In this document: positions 1 to 8,824 of the stretch, piece by piece | Position numbering within the stretch: the stretch's first letter is position 1 | How the letters are laid out: every line of letters starts with the position of its first letter | DNA from: Solirubrobacteraceae bacterium | Lineage (GTDB): Bacteria > Actinomycetota > Thermoleophilia > Solirubrobacterales > Solirubrobacteraceae | DNA: 64,000 bases | Direction: 5' to 3' | NCBI GenBank assembly: GCA_017882445.1 | Contig: JADGPK010000009.1 | Coordinates: 9,309 to 73,308, forward strand | The notes under the pieces: generated by a model | Database searches by the model: none | What the model was told of the DNA's origin: nothing | What the model saw: only the letters and a program-made list of their open reading frames with translations | Position numbers and translations under genes: made by a program

Positions 1-643
1 CGACGGCCGCGACAAGCGGCACGATCACGATTCCGGCCGTGTACTTGCTCGCGCAGGCCAGGCCCAGCCCGACGCCCGCGATCAGATGGTCGCGGGCCCG
101 CCCCTTGCGCAGTACGCCCGCGGTCCCGAGCAGCGACAGCGTCAGCGGCGCCAGGGTGGGCACGTCGTTGAGCGCGAGGTGAGCGTAGAAGACCGGTAGG
201 AACGCCACCGCCTCGATCGCCGCCGCGAGCACGGCGACGCCGCGGCCGAACAGCCGGGCACCCGTCAGGTATAGGAGCCACAGCGCGAGCGTCCCGAGCA
301 CCGCGGCGGCGACCCGAGCGAGCGTGTACACCTCCGCGGGGTGCAGTTCGAACGCCCTGCGCACGCCGCCGCCGCCGTAGGCGACGGCGAACAGGTAGTG
401 CAGCAGGTAGGTGAAGGCCGGCGGGTTGGCGAAGTAGTGGGGGTCCAGGCCGGTCGCGAACATGTGCACGGCCTTGGGCACGAAATGGCTGCCCTCGTCG
501 AGGTTGTAGGCATACGGCAGCCCCTGCCGAACGCCCCATAGGCGCAGCCCCAGGCCACCGAGGAGCACCACGGCGAGCGCCGGCCAGGCCCACCGGCGGC
601 CGCTTGCGCGGGCCCCGCTCGACCCCGGCTCAGCAGTTTGCAT
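1..643 (-). CDS. GT-C fold membrane glycosyltransferase (ArnT/PMT-like), N-terminal part; the gene runs off the left edge
   Basis: My own minus-strand translation from the ATG at 643 reads MQTAEPGSSGARASGRRWAWPALAVVLLGGLGLRLWGVRQGLPYAYNLDEGSHFVPKAVHMFATGLDPHYFANPPAFTYLLHY... This shows a TM helix followed by a DE-containing first loop, as in ArnT/PMT enzymes, and GC3 is high. The start overlaps the upstream gene's stop by 14 nt. It is absent from the ORF track because it is open at the window edge. Confidence 0.6.
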   Translation of the reverse strand, partial: MQTAEPGSSGARASGRRWAWPALAVVLLGGLGLRLWGVRQGLPYAYNLDEGSHFVPKAVHMFATGLDPHYFANPPAFTYLLHYLFAVAYGGGGVRRAFELHPAEVYTLARVAAAVLGTLALWLLYLTGARLFGRGVAVLAAAIEAVAFLPVFYAHLALNDVPTLAPLTLSLLGTAGVLRKGRARDHLIAGVGLGLACASKYTAGIVIVPLVAAV

Positions 644-2147
644 ACACCGCGTAGTAACGGCTCGTGTAGATGCGCGTGAACCCGGCGAGCGGCACCTGGT
701 CGCGCGGATCGTCGCCGACGTCGACGAGCGCCTCGATGAACACGGCGCCGCCGAGCGGATAGACAGCCACGCTTCCGCGCGCGATCCGGTGCTCGAGCGT
801 GTGCGAGCCCTTGCCGACGTCGGCACGGGCCTGGCTGCGCGCCACGATGTCGTGCTGTCCGACGGTGTCGAGGATCCAGCGCGCATCGGGAATCAGCTTG
901 TTGTTCGGGAGCGAGACGAGCGGGCAGCGCCGCATCTGCGCCTTCACCCGCGCGTCCGCCAGGGCGAGCGAGAGGCCCTTGTGGAAGTCCTCGTGATAGG
1001 CGAGCGTGGTGCTCAGGTTGGAGAGGTTCAAAGTGGTGGCCGCGGAGGTCGCGCCGTAGGCGACGAGCGCGGTGGCGCCCACAATCCACGCACGGCGAAG
1101 CTTGGAGCGCGGCTCGAGCATCGCCCATCCGCCGAGCGCCACTGCGCAGAACAGCAGCAGTACCGTCGCCCCGCCGAGCAGGTAGCGGTCGATCACCGAG
1201 GCGCCCACCGCGCCCTCGACGACGAACACGCCGAACAGCAGGGCCAACGCGGCCAGCGGAACGAGCACCCTGCGCGGCGCCATCCAGATGGCCGCCGGCA
1301 GGCCGACGAGCGCCCCGAGGATCACAGCGATCTTGTCGATCCGATCGGTAAACGTCCACATCGATGAGACCACGCTCGAGAGCCCCTGCGTGCGTTCGAG
1401 TTCCTGTGCGAGCCCGGCGGTGGCAGTCAATGAATGGAGCGGATTGCCGGTCACCACCGCGTCCACCGACGCCCACAGCACCGGTGCGATCGCCGCGATC
1501 GCGAGGTACTGCAGCCGCGTCCTGTTGTCCGCCCGCCAGGAGCACCACAGCCAGTAGACGCCGCTGAGCACCCAAGCGTCGGGGCGCAGCAGCCCGGCGG
1601 CCGCCAGCATCAAGAGGACGGGGGTCCCCCGCCGCCGGCGTTCGACCTCCAGCACGATCGCCCACACGATCAGTGCGAGATAGGAGATGTCCAGGTAGCC
1701 CTGCGCGGCGAGGTTCTCGACGAAGAACCGGCTCAGCAAGAGCAACGCCGCGACGAGCCCCACGACCGGACCGAAGCACAGGCGGCCGAGCCTGTACATC
1801 CCGGCGACGGCCGCGACGAACGAGGCGATCGAGCCGAGCACCATCAGCCGGGCGCCACCCTGCCCGAAGATCGAGCAGAACATCCCGAAGGCGATCGCAA
1901 GGGGGTGCTCGGTGGGACCACGGTAGACCCTGAAATCCGGCAGGTGCAGGTGCAGCAGGTCCCGACCCCACAGAAGCGCGTAGAACGAGTCGTAGGTGGG
2001 GTATGTCGGGAAGGCGAAGTAGCCGAACAGCGCTCCCGCGCACATCGCCGCGAGTCCGATGCGCGCCCACGTGGGAGCGCGCACGGCACGCAGCCGCGCC
2101 AGCCGGGTCGAGCCCGGGCTCAGCCGGGTGAGCGTCGCGCTTTCCAT
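630..2147 (-). CDS. Polytopic membrane protein, probable GT-C type glycosyltransferase
   Basis: 505-aa ORF with many hydrophobic helices. An acidic first-loop motif (YDSFYALLWGRD) and a large C-terminal soluble domain fit GT-C architecture. It is co-oriented with, and overlaps, the downstream ArnT/PMT-like gene. Confidence 0.5.
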   Translation of the reverse strand: MESATLTRLSPGSTRLARLRAVRAPTWARIGLAAMCAGALFGYFAFPTYPTYDSFYALLWGRDLLHLHLPDFRVYRGPTEHPLAIAFGMFCSIFGQGGARLMVLGSIASFVAAVAGMYRLGRLCFGPVVGLVAALLLLSRFFVENLAAQGYLDISYLALIVWAIVLEVERRRRGTPVLLMLAAAGLLRPDAWVLSGVYWLWCSWRADNRTRLQYLAIAAIAPVLWASVDAVVTGNPLHSLTATAGLAQELERTQGLSSVVSSMWTFTDRIDKIAVILGALVGLPAAIWMAPRRVLVPLAALALLFGVFVVEGAVGASVIDRYLLGGATVLLLFCAVALGGWAMLEPRSKLRRAWIVGATALVAYGATSAATTLNLSNLSTTLAYHEDFHKGLSLALADARVKAQMRRCPLVSLPNNKLIPDARWILDTVGQHDIVARSQARADVGKGSHTLEHRIARGSVAVYPLGGAVFIEALVDVGDDPRDQVPLAGFTRIYTSRYYAVYANC

Positions 2148-2158
2148 CTAGCCTTGGA

Positions 2159-2230
2159 GTATCGAGCCCCGGCGGGTGGGTGGGCTCGATACCTGGCGCC
2201 GGGCGGGCGGGCTCAACACTTGGCGCCAAG
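2159..2230. promoter_or_regulatory. Structured divergent-promoter region: 11-bp inverted repeat, a 19-nt direct repeat with 27-nt period, and a 12-nt palindrome
   Basis: GTATCGAGCCC (2159-2169) pairs with GGGCTCGATAC (2182-2192). GGGCTCGATACCTGGCGCC (2182-2200) repeats as GGGCTCAACACTTGGCGCC (2209-2227). CTTGGCGCCAAG lies at 2219-2230. Confidence 0.3.
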
Positions 2231-2286
2231 ACCGTGACCTGCGCTTTGGGATACTGACGGGGGCCAAGTCTAGGCAATCGTCTCCA

Positions 2287-3384
2287 ATGAAGCTCATCAT
2301 CCAGATCCCCTGCTTCAACGAGGCAGCCCAGTTGCCGCAGACGCTCGCGGACCTTCCGCGCGAGGTGGACGGCTTCGACGTCGTCGAGTGGCTCGTGATC
2401 GACGACGGCTCGACCGACGAGACGATCGCTGTCGCGCGCGAGCTGGGCGTCGATCACCTGGTGCGGCTGACCAACAACAAGGGCCTCGCGGCGGGCTTCC
2501 AGGCCGGTGTCGACACGGCGCTGAAGCTCGGCGCCGATGTGATCGTAAACACGGACGCCGACAACCAGTACTACGGCCCGGACGTCTCCAGGCTCGTGCT
2601 CCCGATCCTCGAGGGACGGGCCGACATGGTGGTCGGAGACCGGGAGGTGGGCGGCATCGAGCACTTCTCGCCGCAGAAGAAGGCGTTGCAGAGGCTCGGC
2701 TCGTGGGTGGTGCGCCAGGCCTCCTCGACATCGGTGTCCGACACCACTTCCGGCTTCCGCGCCTACAACCGCGAGGCAGCGATCCAGATGATGGTCGTAT
2801 CGAGGTTCACCTACACGCTCGAGACGATCATCCAGGCGGGCAAGCTGCTCGTGGCGATCGACCACGTCCCCGTGCGCACCAACCCGCAGACGCGCGAGTC
2901 GCGCCTGTTCCCCTCGATGGGCTCCTACGTGCGCCGCAACGCGGTCTCGATCTTCCGCATCTACGCCCAATACGAGCCGCTGCGCGTGTTCTGGAGCCTC
3001 GCCGCGGTGATCGGAATCGTCTCGGTCGGAGTGTGGATCCGCTTCGCGGTCGCCTACACCGAAGGCAGCGGCAAGGGTCACGTGCAGTCGCTGATCCTCG
3101 GCGCGGTTCTCTTCATCGCCGCGGTCGTGCTGTGGGCGCTGGGGGTGATCGGCGACCTGCTGGCGGCGCAGCGCGTGATGACGCAGCGGACGTTCGAGCG
3201 GGTGAGAAGGATCGAGCTGCAACTGGACGTGGCGCCCTCCCACTACGAACCCGGCGCACCGTCGAAACCTGGTGCGCCGTCCGGCTCACTGCCACAACCG
3301 CCCGGCGACGGCGGCGCGCTCGCAGGCAGCGCTCAGGCGACGAAGTCGCCGGCGGAGCGCCAGGACGAGGCGGTGCGACTGTGA
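2287..3384 (+). CDS. GT2 glycosyltransferase, polyprenol-phosphate sugar synthase type (DPM1/GtrB/ArnC-like)
   Basis: MKLIIQIPCFNEAAQLPQTL...WLVIDDGSTDET...NTDADNQY shows the GT-A fold DxD-type motifs. Two C-terminal TM helices are typical of GtrB/ArnC-like enzymes. I placed the start at the ATG at 2287 inside ORF 2176..3384. Confidence 0.8.
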   Translation: MKLIIQIPCFNEAAQLPQTLADLPREVDGFDVVEWLVIDDGSTDETIAVARELGVDHLVRLTNNKGLAAGFQAGVDTALKLGADVIVNTDADNQYYGPDVSRLVLPILEGRADMVVGDREVGGIEHFSPQKKALQRLGSWVVRQASSTSVSDTTSGFRAYNREAAIQMMVVSRFTYTLETIIQAGKLLVAIDHVPVRTNPQTRESRLFPSMGSYVRRNAVSIFRIYAQYEPLRVFWSLAAVIGIVSVGVWIRFAVAYTEGSGKGHVQSLILGAVLFIAAVVLWALGVIGDLLAAQRVMTQRTFERVRRIELQLDVAPSHYEPGAPSKPGAPSGSLPQPPGDGGALAGSAQATKSPAERQDEAVRL

Positions 3385-4022
3385 GCGGGGTCACAGTTTC
3401 CAGCGACGGCGTCGTCACCGGCAACACCTACGACAAGTACGGCTCGAGGAACCCGGTGGTCCGTCGTCTGATGGCCGGCTTCGAACGCACCCTGGACGAG
3501 CTCTTCGAGCTGGCCGCCCCCACCTCGGTGCTGGACGTCGGCTGCGGCGAGGGCGTGCTCGTCCACCACTGGGCCAAGCGCCTGGGGACGGGGCGGGTGG
3601 TCGGCATCGACCTCGAGGAGCAGTCGATCCAGGCGGGCTGGGCCGAGCACCAGGCGCCGAACCTCGAGTACCGCGTGATGGAGGCCGGCCGCGCCGAGGA
3701 GGCCGAGAACCTGCCCTTCGCCGATGGGGAGTTCGATCTGGCGAGCGCCATCGAGGTGCTCGAGCACGTGCCAGACCCCGAGCACACCCTCGGCGAGATG
3801 GCTCGCTGTGCCGAGCGCCACCTGCTCGTGTCGGTGCCCCGCGAGCCGCTGTGGCGGATGCTAAACATGGCGCGCGGCGCCTACTGGCCGGCGCTGGGCA
3901 ACACTCCGGGCCACCTCAACCACTGGACCACGCGATCGTTCGTCAAGCTGCTCTCGCGCCACGGCGAGGTCGTCGAGGTTTGTTCGCCGTTCCCCTGGAC
4001 GATGTTGCTTGTCCGCCTCTAG
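3381..4022 (+). CDS. Class I SAM-dependent methyltransferase
   Basis: SAM-binding motif VLDVGCGEGVL plus the acidic loop VGIDLEE and the motif AIEVLEHVPDP. The GTG start forms a GTGA overlap with the GT2 stop. Confidence 0.8.
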   Translation: MSGVTVSSDGVVTGNTYDKYGSRNPVVRRLMAGFERTLDELFELAAPTSVLDVGCGEGVLVHHWAKRLGTGRVVGIDLEEQSIQAGWAEHQAPNLEYRVMEAGRAEEAENLPFADGEFDLASAIEVLEHVPDPEHTLGEMARCAERHLLVSVPREPLWRMLNMARGAYWPALGNTPGHLNHWTTRSFVKLLSRHGEVVEVCSPFPWTMLLVRL

Positions 4023-5394
4023 GGTCTCCCCCGGCCGCCCGACGCGCTCATACGGCAGCGGCGCCCGGATCCTCTCGATCGGGATCGCCTCGACCGGCCT
4101 GCTGACGTTCGCCTACTTCTCGCTGGCGAGCCACGTGCTCAATCCGGTTCAGGCCAAGCGCATCGACCTGCTGTGGTCGGTCATGTTCGTGACGATCTCG
4201 GTCATCTACCGGCCGATCGAACAGCTGCTCTCGCGCACGATCGCCGAGCGCCGGGCGCGCGGGCACACCGAGCATTCGATGCGCGTGCCGATCGCGATCC
4301 AGCTCGGCTTCGCTCTCGTCTTCCTGCTGCTGGCGGTCGCGCTGCGCGGTGAGCTGGTCAGACACGTCTTCGATCGCTACGGCGGCCTCTACGACGTGCT
4401 CGTCGTGGGCACGGTCGCCTATGCGGCCAGCTACTTCGCGCGCGGATGGCTGGCCGGGCACCAGTACTTCGCGCTGTACGGCGGCCTGGTCCTGATGGAG
4501 GCGGTTTCGCGCGTGTGCTTCGTCCTGGCGGTGGTGGCGGGCATCGCACACGGCCAGCTCGCCGTCGCGCTCGGGATCGCCGCGGCGCCGTTCGTGTCGC
4601 TGCTGGTCGTGCCCTGGGCGTTCTCCCGCCGCAGCGCCGAGCGAGGAGGCGCCGCGCAGGACGCCCATGGCGCCCCGGAGATCGAAGACGTGGACGCGGC
4701 GCTCGCCGGTCCCGGCGCCGAGGGCATCCAGGAGGCGGTCGCGGCCGAGGAGCTCTCCCTGCAGCGCGGCTCGAACTTCGCGCTGGTGGTCTCGGGCATC
4801 ATGGTCGCCGAGCAGGTCCTGCTCAACGCGGCGGTGCTGACGGTCGACTCGACGTCCGCCGATCACGCGCTCGCCGGCGTCGTCTTCAACGTGCTGCTGA
4901 TCGCGCGCGCTCCGCTGCAGCTCTTCCAGGCGATCCAGACCTCGCTGCTGCCGCATCTGACGGGCCTGGAGGCGACCGAGGGTCACGATGCGTTCGCCCG
5001 TGCGATCCGCATCACCGTGCTGGCGATCGGAGGCTTCGCGCTCTCCGTGTCGCTCGGACTGCTCGCGATCGGGCCGTTCGTGATGAGCCACCTGTTCGGT
5101 CAGCTGTTTCCCTACAACCGCTTCGGCCTGGCGGTCATCGGGCTCGGCATGGGCTTCCACCTCGCTTCTGGAGCGCTCAACCAGGCGGCGTTGGCGCGCG
5201 ACCACGCCCGCGCGGCGGCCGCATGCTGGTTGATCTCAGCGCTTGCATTCGTCCTGTGGATGTTGAGTCCCGTCGTGCACGGTCAGGTGTGGCGCACCGA
5301 GATCGGCTACGCGGGCGCCACCGCCCTGCTCGCGCTGATGCTCGCTGTGCTCTACCGCCGCGGCAGCTCGACGCGCCTTGCGCCGGCGGCGTAG
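4009..5394 (+). CDS. Multi-pass membrane protein, MOP/Wzx-like flippase candidate
   Basis: 461-aa ORF with about 12 or more hydrophobic segments split by a central loop, an architecture like polysaccharide or oligosaccharide flippases. The TTG start is uncertain and overlaps the methyltransferase gene by 14 nt. Confidence 0.5.
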   Translation: MSASRVSPGRPTRSYGSGARILSIGIASTGLLTFAYFSLASHVLNPVQAKRIDLLWSVMFVTISVIYRPIEQLLSRTIAERRARGHTEHSMRVPIAIQLGFALVFLLLAVALRGELVRHVFDRYGGLYDVLVVGTVAYAASYFARGWLAGHQYFALYGGLVLMEAVSRVCFVLAVVAGIAHGQLAVALGIAAAPFVSLLVVPWAFSRRSAERGGAAQDAHGAPEIEDVDAALAGPGAEGIQEAVAAEELSLQRGSNFALVVSGIMVAEQVLLNAAVLTVDSTSADHALAGVVFNVLLIARAPLQLFQAIQTSLLPHLTGLEATEGHDAFARAIRITVLAIGGFALSVSLGLLAIGPFVMSHLFGQLFPYNRFGLAVIGLGMGFHLASGALNQAALARDHARAAAACWLISALAFVLWMLSPVVHGQVWRTEIGYAGATALLALMLAVLYRRGSSTRLAPAA

Positions 5395-6102
5395 CTACTC
5401 GGCGTCCACCGACCGGGCTATCTCCAGGTAGGCCTCGCCGGGGTCCGCCGAGTGGAAGACCGCGGAGCCCGCCACGAACAGGCTCGCGCCCGCCTGAAGG
5501 CACCCGGGCGCCGTCTGGGCGTCGATGCCCCCGTCCACCTCGACCCCTACGCCCTCGCCGACGAGCGCGCGCAGGCGGGGGAGCTTCGCAAGCGAATGGG
5601 CGATGAACGGCTGGCCGCCCCAGCCTGGGTTCACGGTCATGCACAGCGCCACGTCGAGGATGTCGGCCACCTCGGCGAGCGCCCCGACGGGCGTGCCCGG
5701 ATTGATGGCCACGCCGACGCAGGCTCCGCTCTCACGGATCAGGTTCGCGGTGTAGGCCACGTGCGGCGTGGCCTCGGCGTGGAAGGTGATCGAGTGTGCT
5801 CCCGCAGCCGCGAACGCGCTCACCTGCCGCTCGGGCCGCTCGATCATCAGGTGGACCTCGAGCGCCCCGCCCGCGTCGCGCACCAACTCCGACAGCGCCT
5901 CCACGATCAGCGGGCCGACCGTGATCGGAGGGACGAAATGCCCGTCCATGACGTCGACGTGGATCACGCGCGCGCCGGCCTGCAGGACCTCTGCGACCTG
6001 CTCGCGCAGGCGACCGAAGTCCGCCGAGAGGATCGACGGGGCGACGCGAACGCCGCCCAGCAGCTCGCGCGGCGCCGATCCAGCGCCGGCATGCGTGCTC
6101 AT
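5395..6102 (-). CDS. rpe: Ribulose-phosphate 3-epimerase
   Basis: APSILSADFGRL, HVDVMDGHFVPPIT, MTVNPGWGGQ and VDGGI motifs. I chose the start at M65 of ORF 5395..6294, which gives an ATGA overlap with the upstream small gene. Confidence 0.9.
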   Translation of the reverse strand: MSTHAGAGSAPRELLGGVRVAPSILSADFGRLREQVAEVLQAGARVIHVDVMDGHFVPPITVGPLIVEALSELVRDAGGALEVHLMIERPERQVSAFAAAGAHSITFHAEATPHVAYTANLIRESGACVGVAINPGTPVGALAEVADILDVALCMTVNPGWGGQPFIAHSLAKLPRLRALVGEGVGVEVDGGIDAQTAPGCLQAGASLFVAGSAVFHSADPGEAYLEIARSVDAE

Positions 6103-6347
6103 ACGGCCTGGAGCATCGAGTCGCCGCAGCTGTTGCACTTCAGAATCGCGGTCGAGGACATCCTCACGATCGTGGAGTGCTCCCCGCAGTTGGGGCACAC
6201 CGAGGTGAGCTCGAAGCGATGCAGGCAATAGACGCAGCGGTAGCGGCCCGCGAGGCTGGTGGGACGCAGCCACGGCTCGCCGCAGTTCGGGCATTGCGGC
6301 CCGAGATCTATCGGCGTTCCGGCGTGGGCGCCTGGCTCGCCGTCCAC
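6099..6347 (-). CDS. Small protein with two tandem CPNCGE-type zinc ribbons
   Basis: 82 aa, GTG start. Two copies of CPNCGE-x13/14-CxxC are present and GC3 is high. It lies 3 nt after the rsmB stop and overlaps the rpe start by 4 nt. Confidence 0.6.
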   Translation of the reverse strand: MDGEPGAHAGTPIDLGPQCPNCGEPWLRPTSLAGRYRCVYCLHRFELTSVCPNCGEHSTIVRMSSTAILKCNSCGDSMLQAV

Positions 6348-6350
6348 CGT

Positions 6351-7715
6351 TCAGCTCCTGCGCAGCCTGGCGATGAAGAAACCGGCGGTGTGGTCGCGGT
6401 GCGGGAGCGTCAGCAGCAGCCCGCCCGGCACCGCGGCCGAACGGTCGCCCAAAACAGCCGACATGCCGTAGGCGGGTAGCTCTGCGGCGAGATCGTCGAG
6501 ACCGAAGGCGGGGTGGGAATCCAGGAAGGCGGCGATCAGGCGCTCATTCTCAATTGGGGAGATCGTGCAGGTAGAGTAGACAAGCACGCCCCCCGGACGG
6601 AGGGCGCCGGCGCCGGCGGCGAGGATGCTGGCCTGCGTGCGCGACATCTCCCCGATCGCCTCCGGTGACACGCGCCAGCGCAGATCGGGCCGCGCCTGGA
6701 GCGTGCCGAGCCCGGAGCAGGGCGGATCGACCAGGACGCGGTCGAAGACCGGCCCCTCGGGCCTCGCAAGCGCGGCGTCGGCGATCTCGACGCGGACATT
6801 GACCGCACCGAGCCGCTGCGCGGTCCGCGCAAGGGCTCCTGCTCGGCGCCGGTTCTGCTCGACCGCGAGCACCTCGCCGTCGCCCTGCATCAGCGCCGCC
6901 AGGTGGGTGCTCTTCCCGCCCGGGGCCGCGCACAGGTCGAGGACCCGCTCGCCGGGGCGCGGAGCCAGGACACGAGCGACGAGCATCGCGCCGCGCGACT
7001 GCGCCAGGAACGCGCCCGCGCTCCACAGTGGCGAGGAGTGGACGTCGAAGGGCTCCTCGACGACGAGCGCCTCGGGTATGTGAGGGTCCAGGTGCGTGCG
7101 CACCGGCAGCTGCTCCGCCAGCGTGGAAGCGTCTGTGCGAAGGGTGTTAGCCCGCAGCGCGAGCTCTCCCGCCTCGTTGTCGCAGGCCATCAGCGCACGC
7201 GCGCCGTCCGCGCCGAGCTCCTGCCACCACAGCCGCGCGATCCACTCGGGGTGAGAGTGCATCACGGCGGCCTGCTCGGGCGTGGCGTCGCTCAGCGCGC
7301 CCAGCAGCGCGGCAGGCCCCTCGCGCGCCGCCCGGCGCAGCACCGCGTTGACGAGACCGTGTCCCGCGCGGGCGCCGCCCTTTGCCAGCTCGACCGCGTC
7401 GGCGACGACGGCATAGTCGGGCGCACCGCGCAGGTAGAGCAGCTCGTACATCCCGAGCCTCAGCGCGGCGAGCAGGGGAGCATCCAGACGCTCGACTGCG
7501 CGTCCGGCGAGCTGCTCGATCAGGCGATCGAGTGTCCCGGAGCGTTGGATCGAGCCGTACGTCAGGCGCATCGCGAGCGCCCGGTCGCGCTGATCCAGAT
7601 CTCTGGACTCGGCCTGGAGGGCCTCGTCGGCGTAGGCGCCGCGCTCGAACACCCGACGCAGCACCGTGTAGGCACAGCTGCGGGCAGGGGCGATCGTGGC
7701 GGCGGAGGATGCCAT
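6351..7715 (-). CDS. rsmB: 16S rRNA (cytosine967-C5)-methyltransferase RsmB/Sun
   Basis: N-terminal NusB-like domain plus the motifs DLCAAPGGKS, DPPCSGLGT and YSTCT. It follows fmt, which is the conserved order. Confidence 0.9.
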   Translation of the reverse strand: MASSAATIAPARSCAYTVLRRVFERGAYADEALQAESRDLDQRDRALAMRLTYGSIQRSGTLDRLIEQLAGRAVERLDAPLLAALRLGMYELLYLRGAPDYAVVADAVELAKGGARAGHGLVNAVLRRAAREGPAALLGALSDATPEQAAVMHSHPEWIARLWWQELGADGARALMACDNEAGELALRANTLRTDASTLAEQLPVRTHLDPHIPEALVVEEPFDVHSSPLWSAGAFLAQSRGAMLVARVLAPRPGERVLDLCAAPGGKSTHLAALMQGDGEVLAVEQNRRRAGALARTAQRLGAVNVRVEIADAALARPEGPVFDRVLVDPPCSGLGTLQARPDLRWRVSPEAIGEMSRTQASILAAGAGALRPGGVLVYSTCTISPIENERLIAAFLDSHPAFGLDDLAAELPAYGMSAVLGDRSAAVPGGLLLTLPHRDHTAGFFIARLRRS

Positions 7716-7805
7716 CTCAAGGCATCATCGGCTATCCACTGCCAACAGAGCTGCCCGGTTGGAGAATCGCAGCCAGATCGCCGGCCAGCAGCTCGGCGTG
7801 TCCGC

Positions 7806-8801
7806 CTACAGGCGCCCCGGCATGCCGTGACCGCGCAGATACGCCGCGGCCTCCATGGCGCGCGCTCCGGGCGGCTGCACCACCAGCAGCTCCAGGACGC
7901 CGGGGCTGCAGGCGAGCAGCAGGCGCCCGTCGCGCACGAGCACGCCCGATCTGAGCCCCATCTCCCCCGCGTCGCCGCCCGAGGCCGCGGATTCCAGGCC
8001 GGCGGGGATCTGCTCTGAGAGCGTCGCACGATGGACGCCGATCAGCGTGCCGTCCACCAGGGCGGCCCGCGCCCCGATGTGTGGATGCAGCGCCCGCACG
8101 ACCCGCTCCAGCTCGATCGCAGGCCGTCTCGGGTCCAGCAGACGATCGGCCGCGGTGATCTTCTCGGCGTAGGTGGCGTAGTCCTCCTCCTGCTCGACGA
8201 ACGGCGGCGAGCGCGTCAGCGCGTCCACGATCAGCTCGCCGCCTAGCTCCTGCAGCCTCTCGGCGAGCGTCGCGTAGGTGTCCGTCGCGCTGATCGGCTC
8301 GGCGGCGGTGAGGCAGACGGGACCGCTGTCGAGTCCCGCCGTCAACCGCATGATCGACACCCCCGTCTGCGCGTCGCCCGCCATGATCGCCCGCTCGATC
8401 GGTGCGGCTCCTCGCCAGCGCGGCAGCAGCGACGGGTGCACGTTCAGCATCTCGTGTTCTGAGAGGAGCGGCTCGCGCACGAGCGCACCGAACGCGCACA
8501 CGACGACCCTCTGACGGCCCGCTCCCCCGCCGGCCGCCGCGCCCCCAGCGTCGCCGTCTCCGCGCCCCGCCTGCGCGATCGCCGCCCTGGCGTCTGGGTC
8601 GTTGACGCTCTCGGGCTGCTCGAGCGCGATGCCGAGCTCACGGGCGCGCTCGGCGACCGGCGGCGCGGTCAGCCGGCGCCCGCGCCCGCTGGGGCGGTCG
8701 GGGCGGGTGACGACGAGCGCCGGGCGGTGCTCATCGCTCAGCGCGAGACGCTCGAGGATCGCCGCGGCGAACTCCGATGTGCCCAGGAAGACGATGCTCA
8801 A
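7806..8801 (-). CDS. fmt: Methionyl-tRNA formyltransferase
   Basis: SIVFLGTSEFA, NVHPSLLPRWRGAAPI and a C-terminal Fmt domain. I chose the TTG start at 8801 (L100 of ORF 7806..9098), just downstream of the def stop. It contains a Gly/Ala-rich insertion. Confidence 0.85.
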   Translation of the reverse strand: MSIVFLGTSEFAAAILERLALSDEHRPALVVTRPDRPSGRGRRLTAPPVAERARELGIALEQPESVNDPDARAAIAQAGRGDGDAGGAAAGGGAGRQRVVVCAFGALVREPLLSEHEMLNVHPSLLPRWRGAAPIERAIMAGDAQTGVSIMRLTAGLDSGPVCLTAAEPISATDTYATLAERLQELGGELIVDALTRSPPFVEQEEDYATYAEKITAADRLLDPRRPAIELERVVRALHPHIGARAALVDGTLIGVHRATLSEQIPAGLESAASGGDAGEMGLRSGVLVRDGRLLLACSPGVLELLVVQPPGARAMEAAAYLRGHGMPGRL

Positions 8802-8824
8802 GGTGCCACTGCCCGCGATGTGCG

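Noticed and set aside
265-3243. A 992-aa minus-strand ORF, together with many other long Arg/Pro/Ala/Gly-rich ORFs in the track (for example 3272..4105, 4048..5205, 9966..11369, 28099..29646, 44744..46399).
   Set aside because: They overlap well-supported genes in other frames. They have junk-like low-complexity composition and no motifs. Long open frames are expected by chance in DNA this GC-rich, where stop codons are rare.
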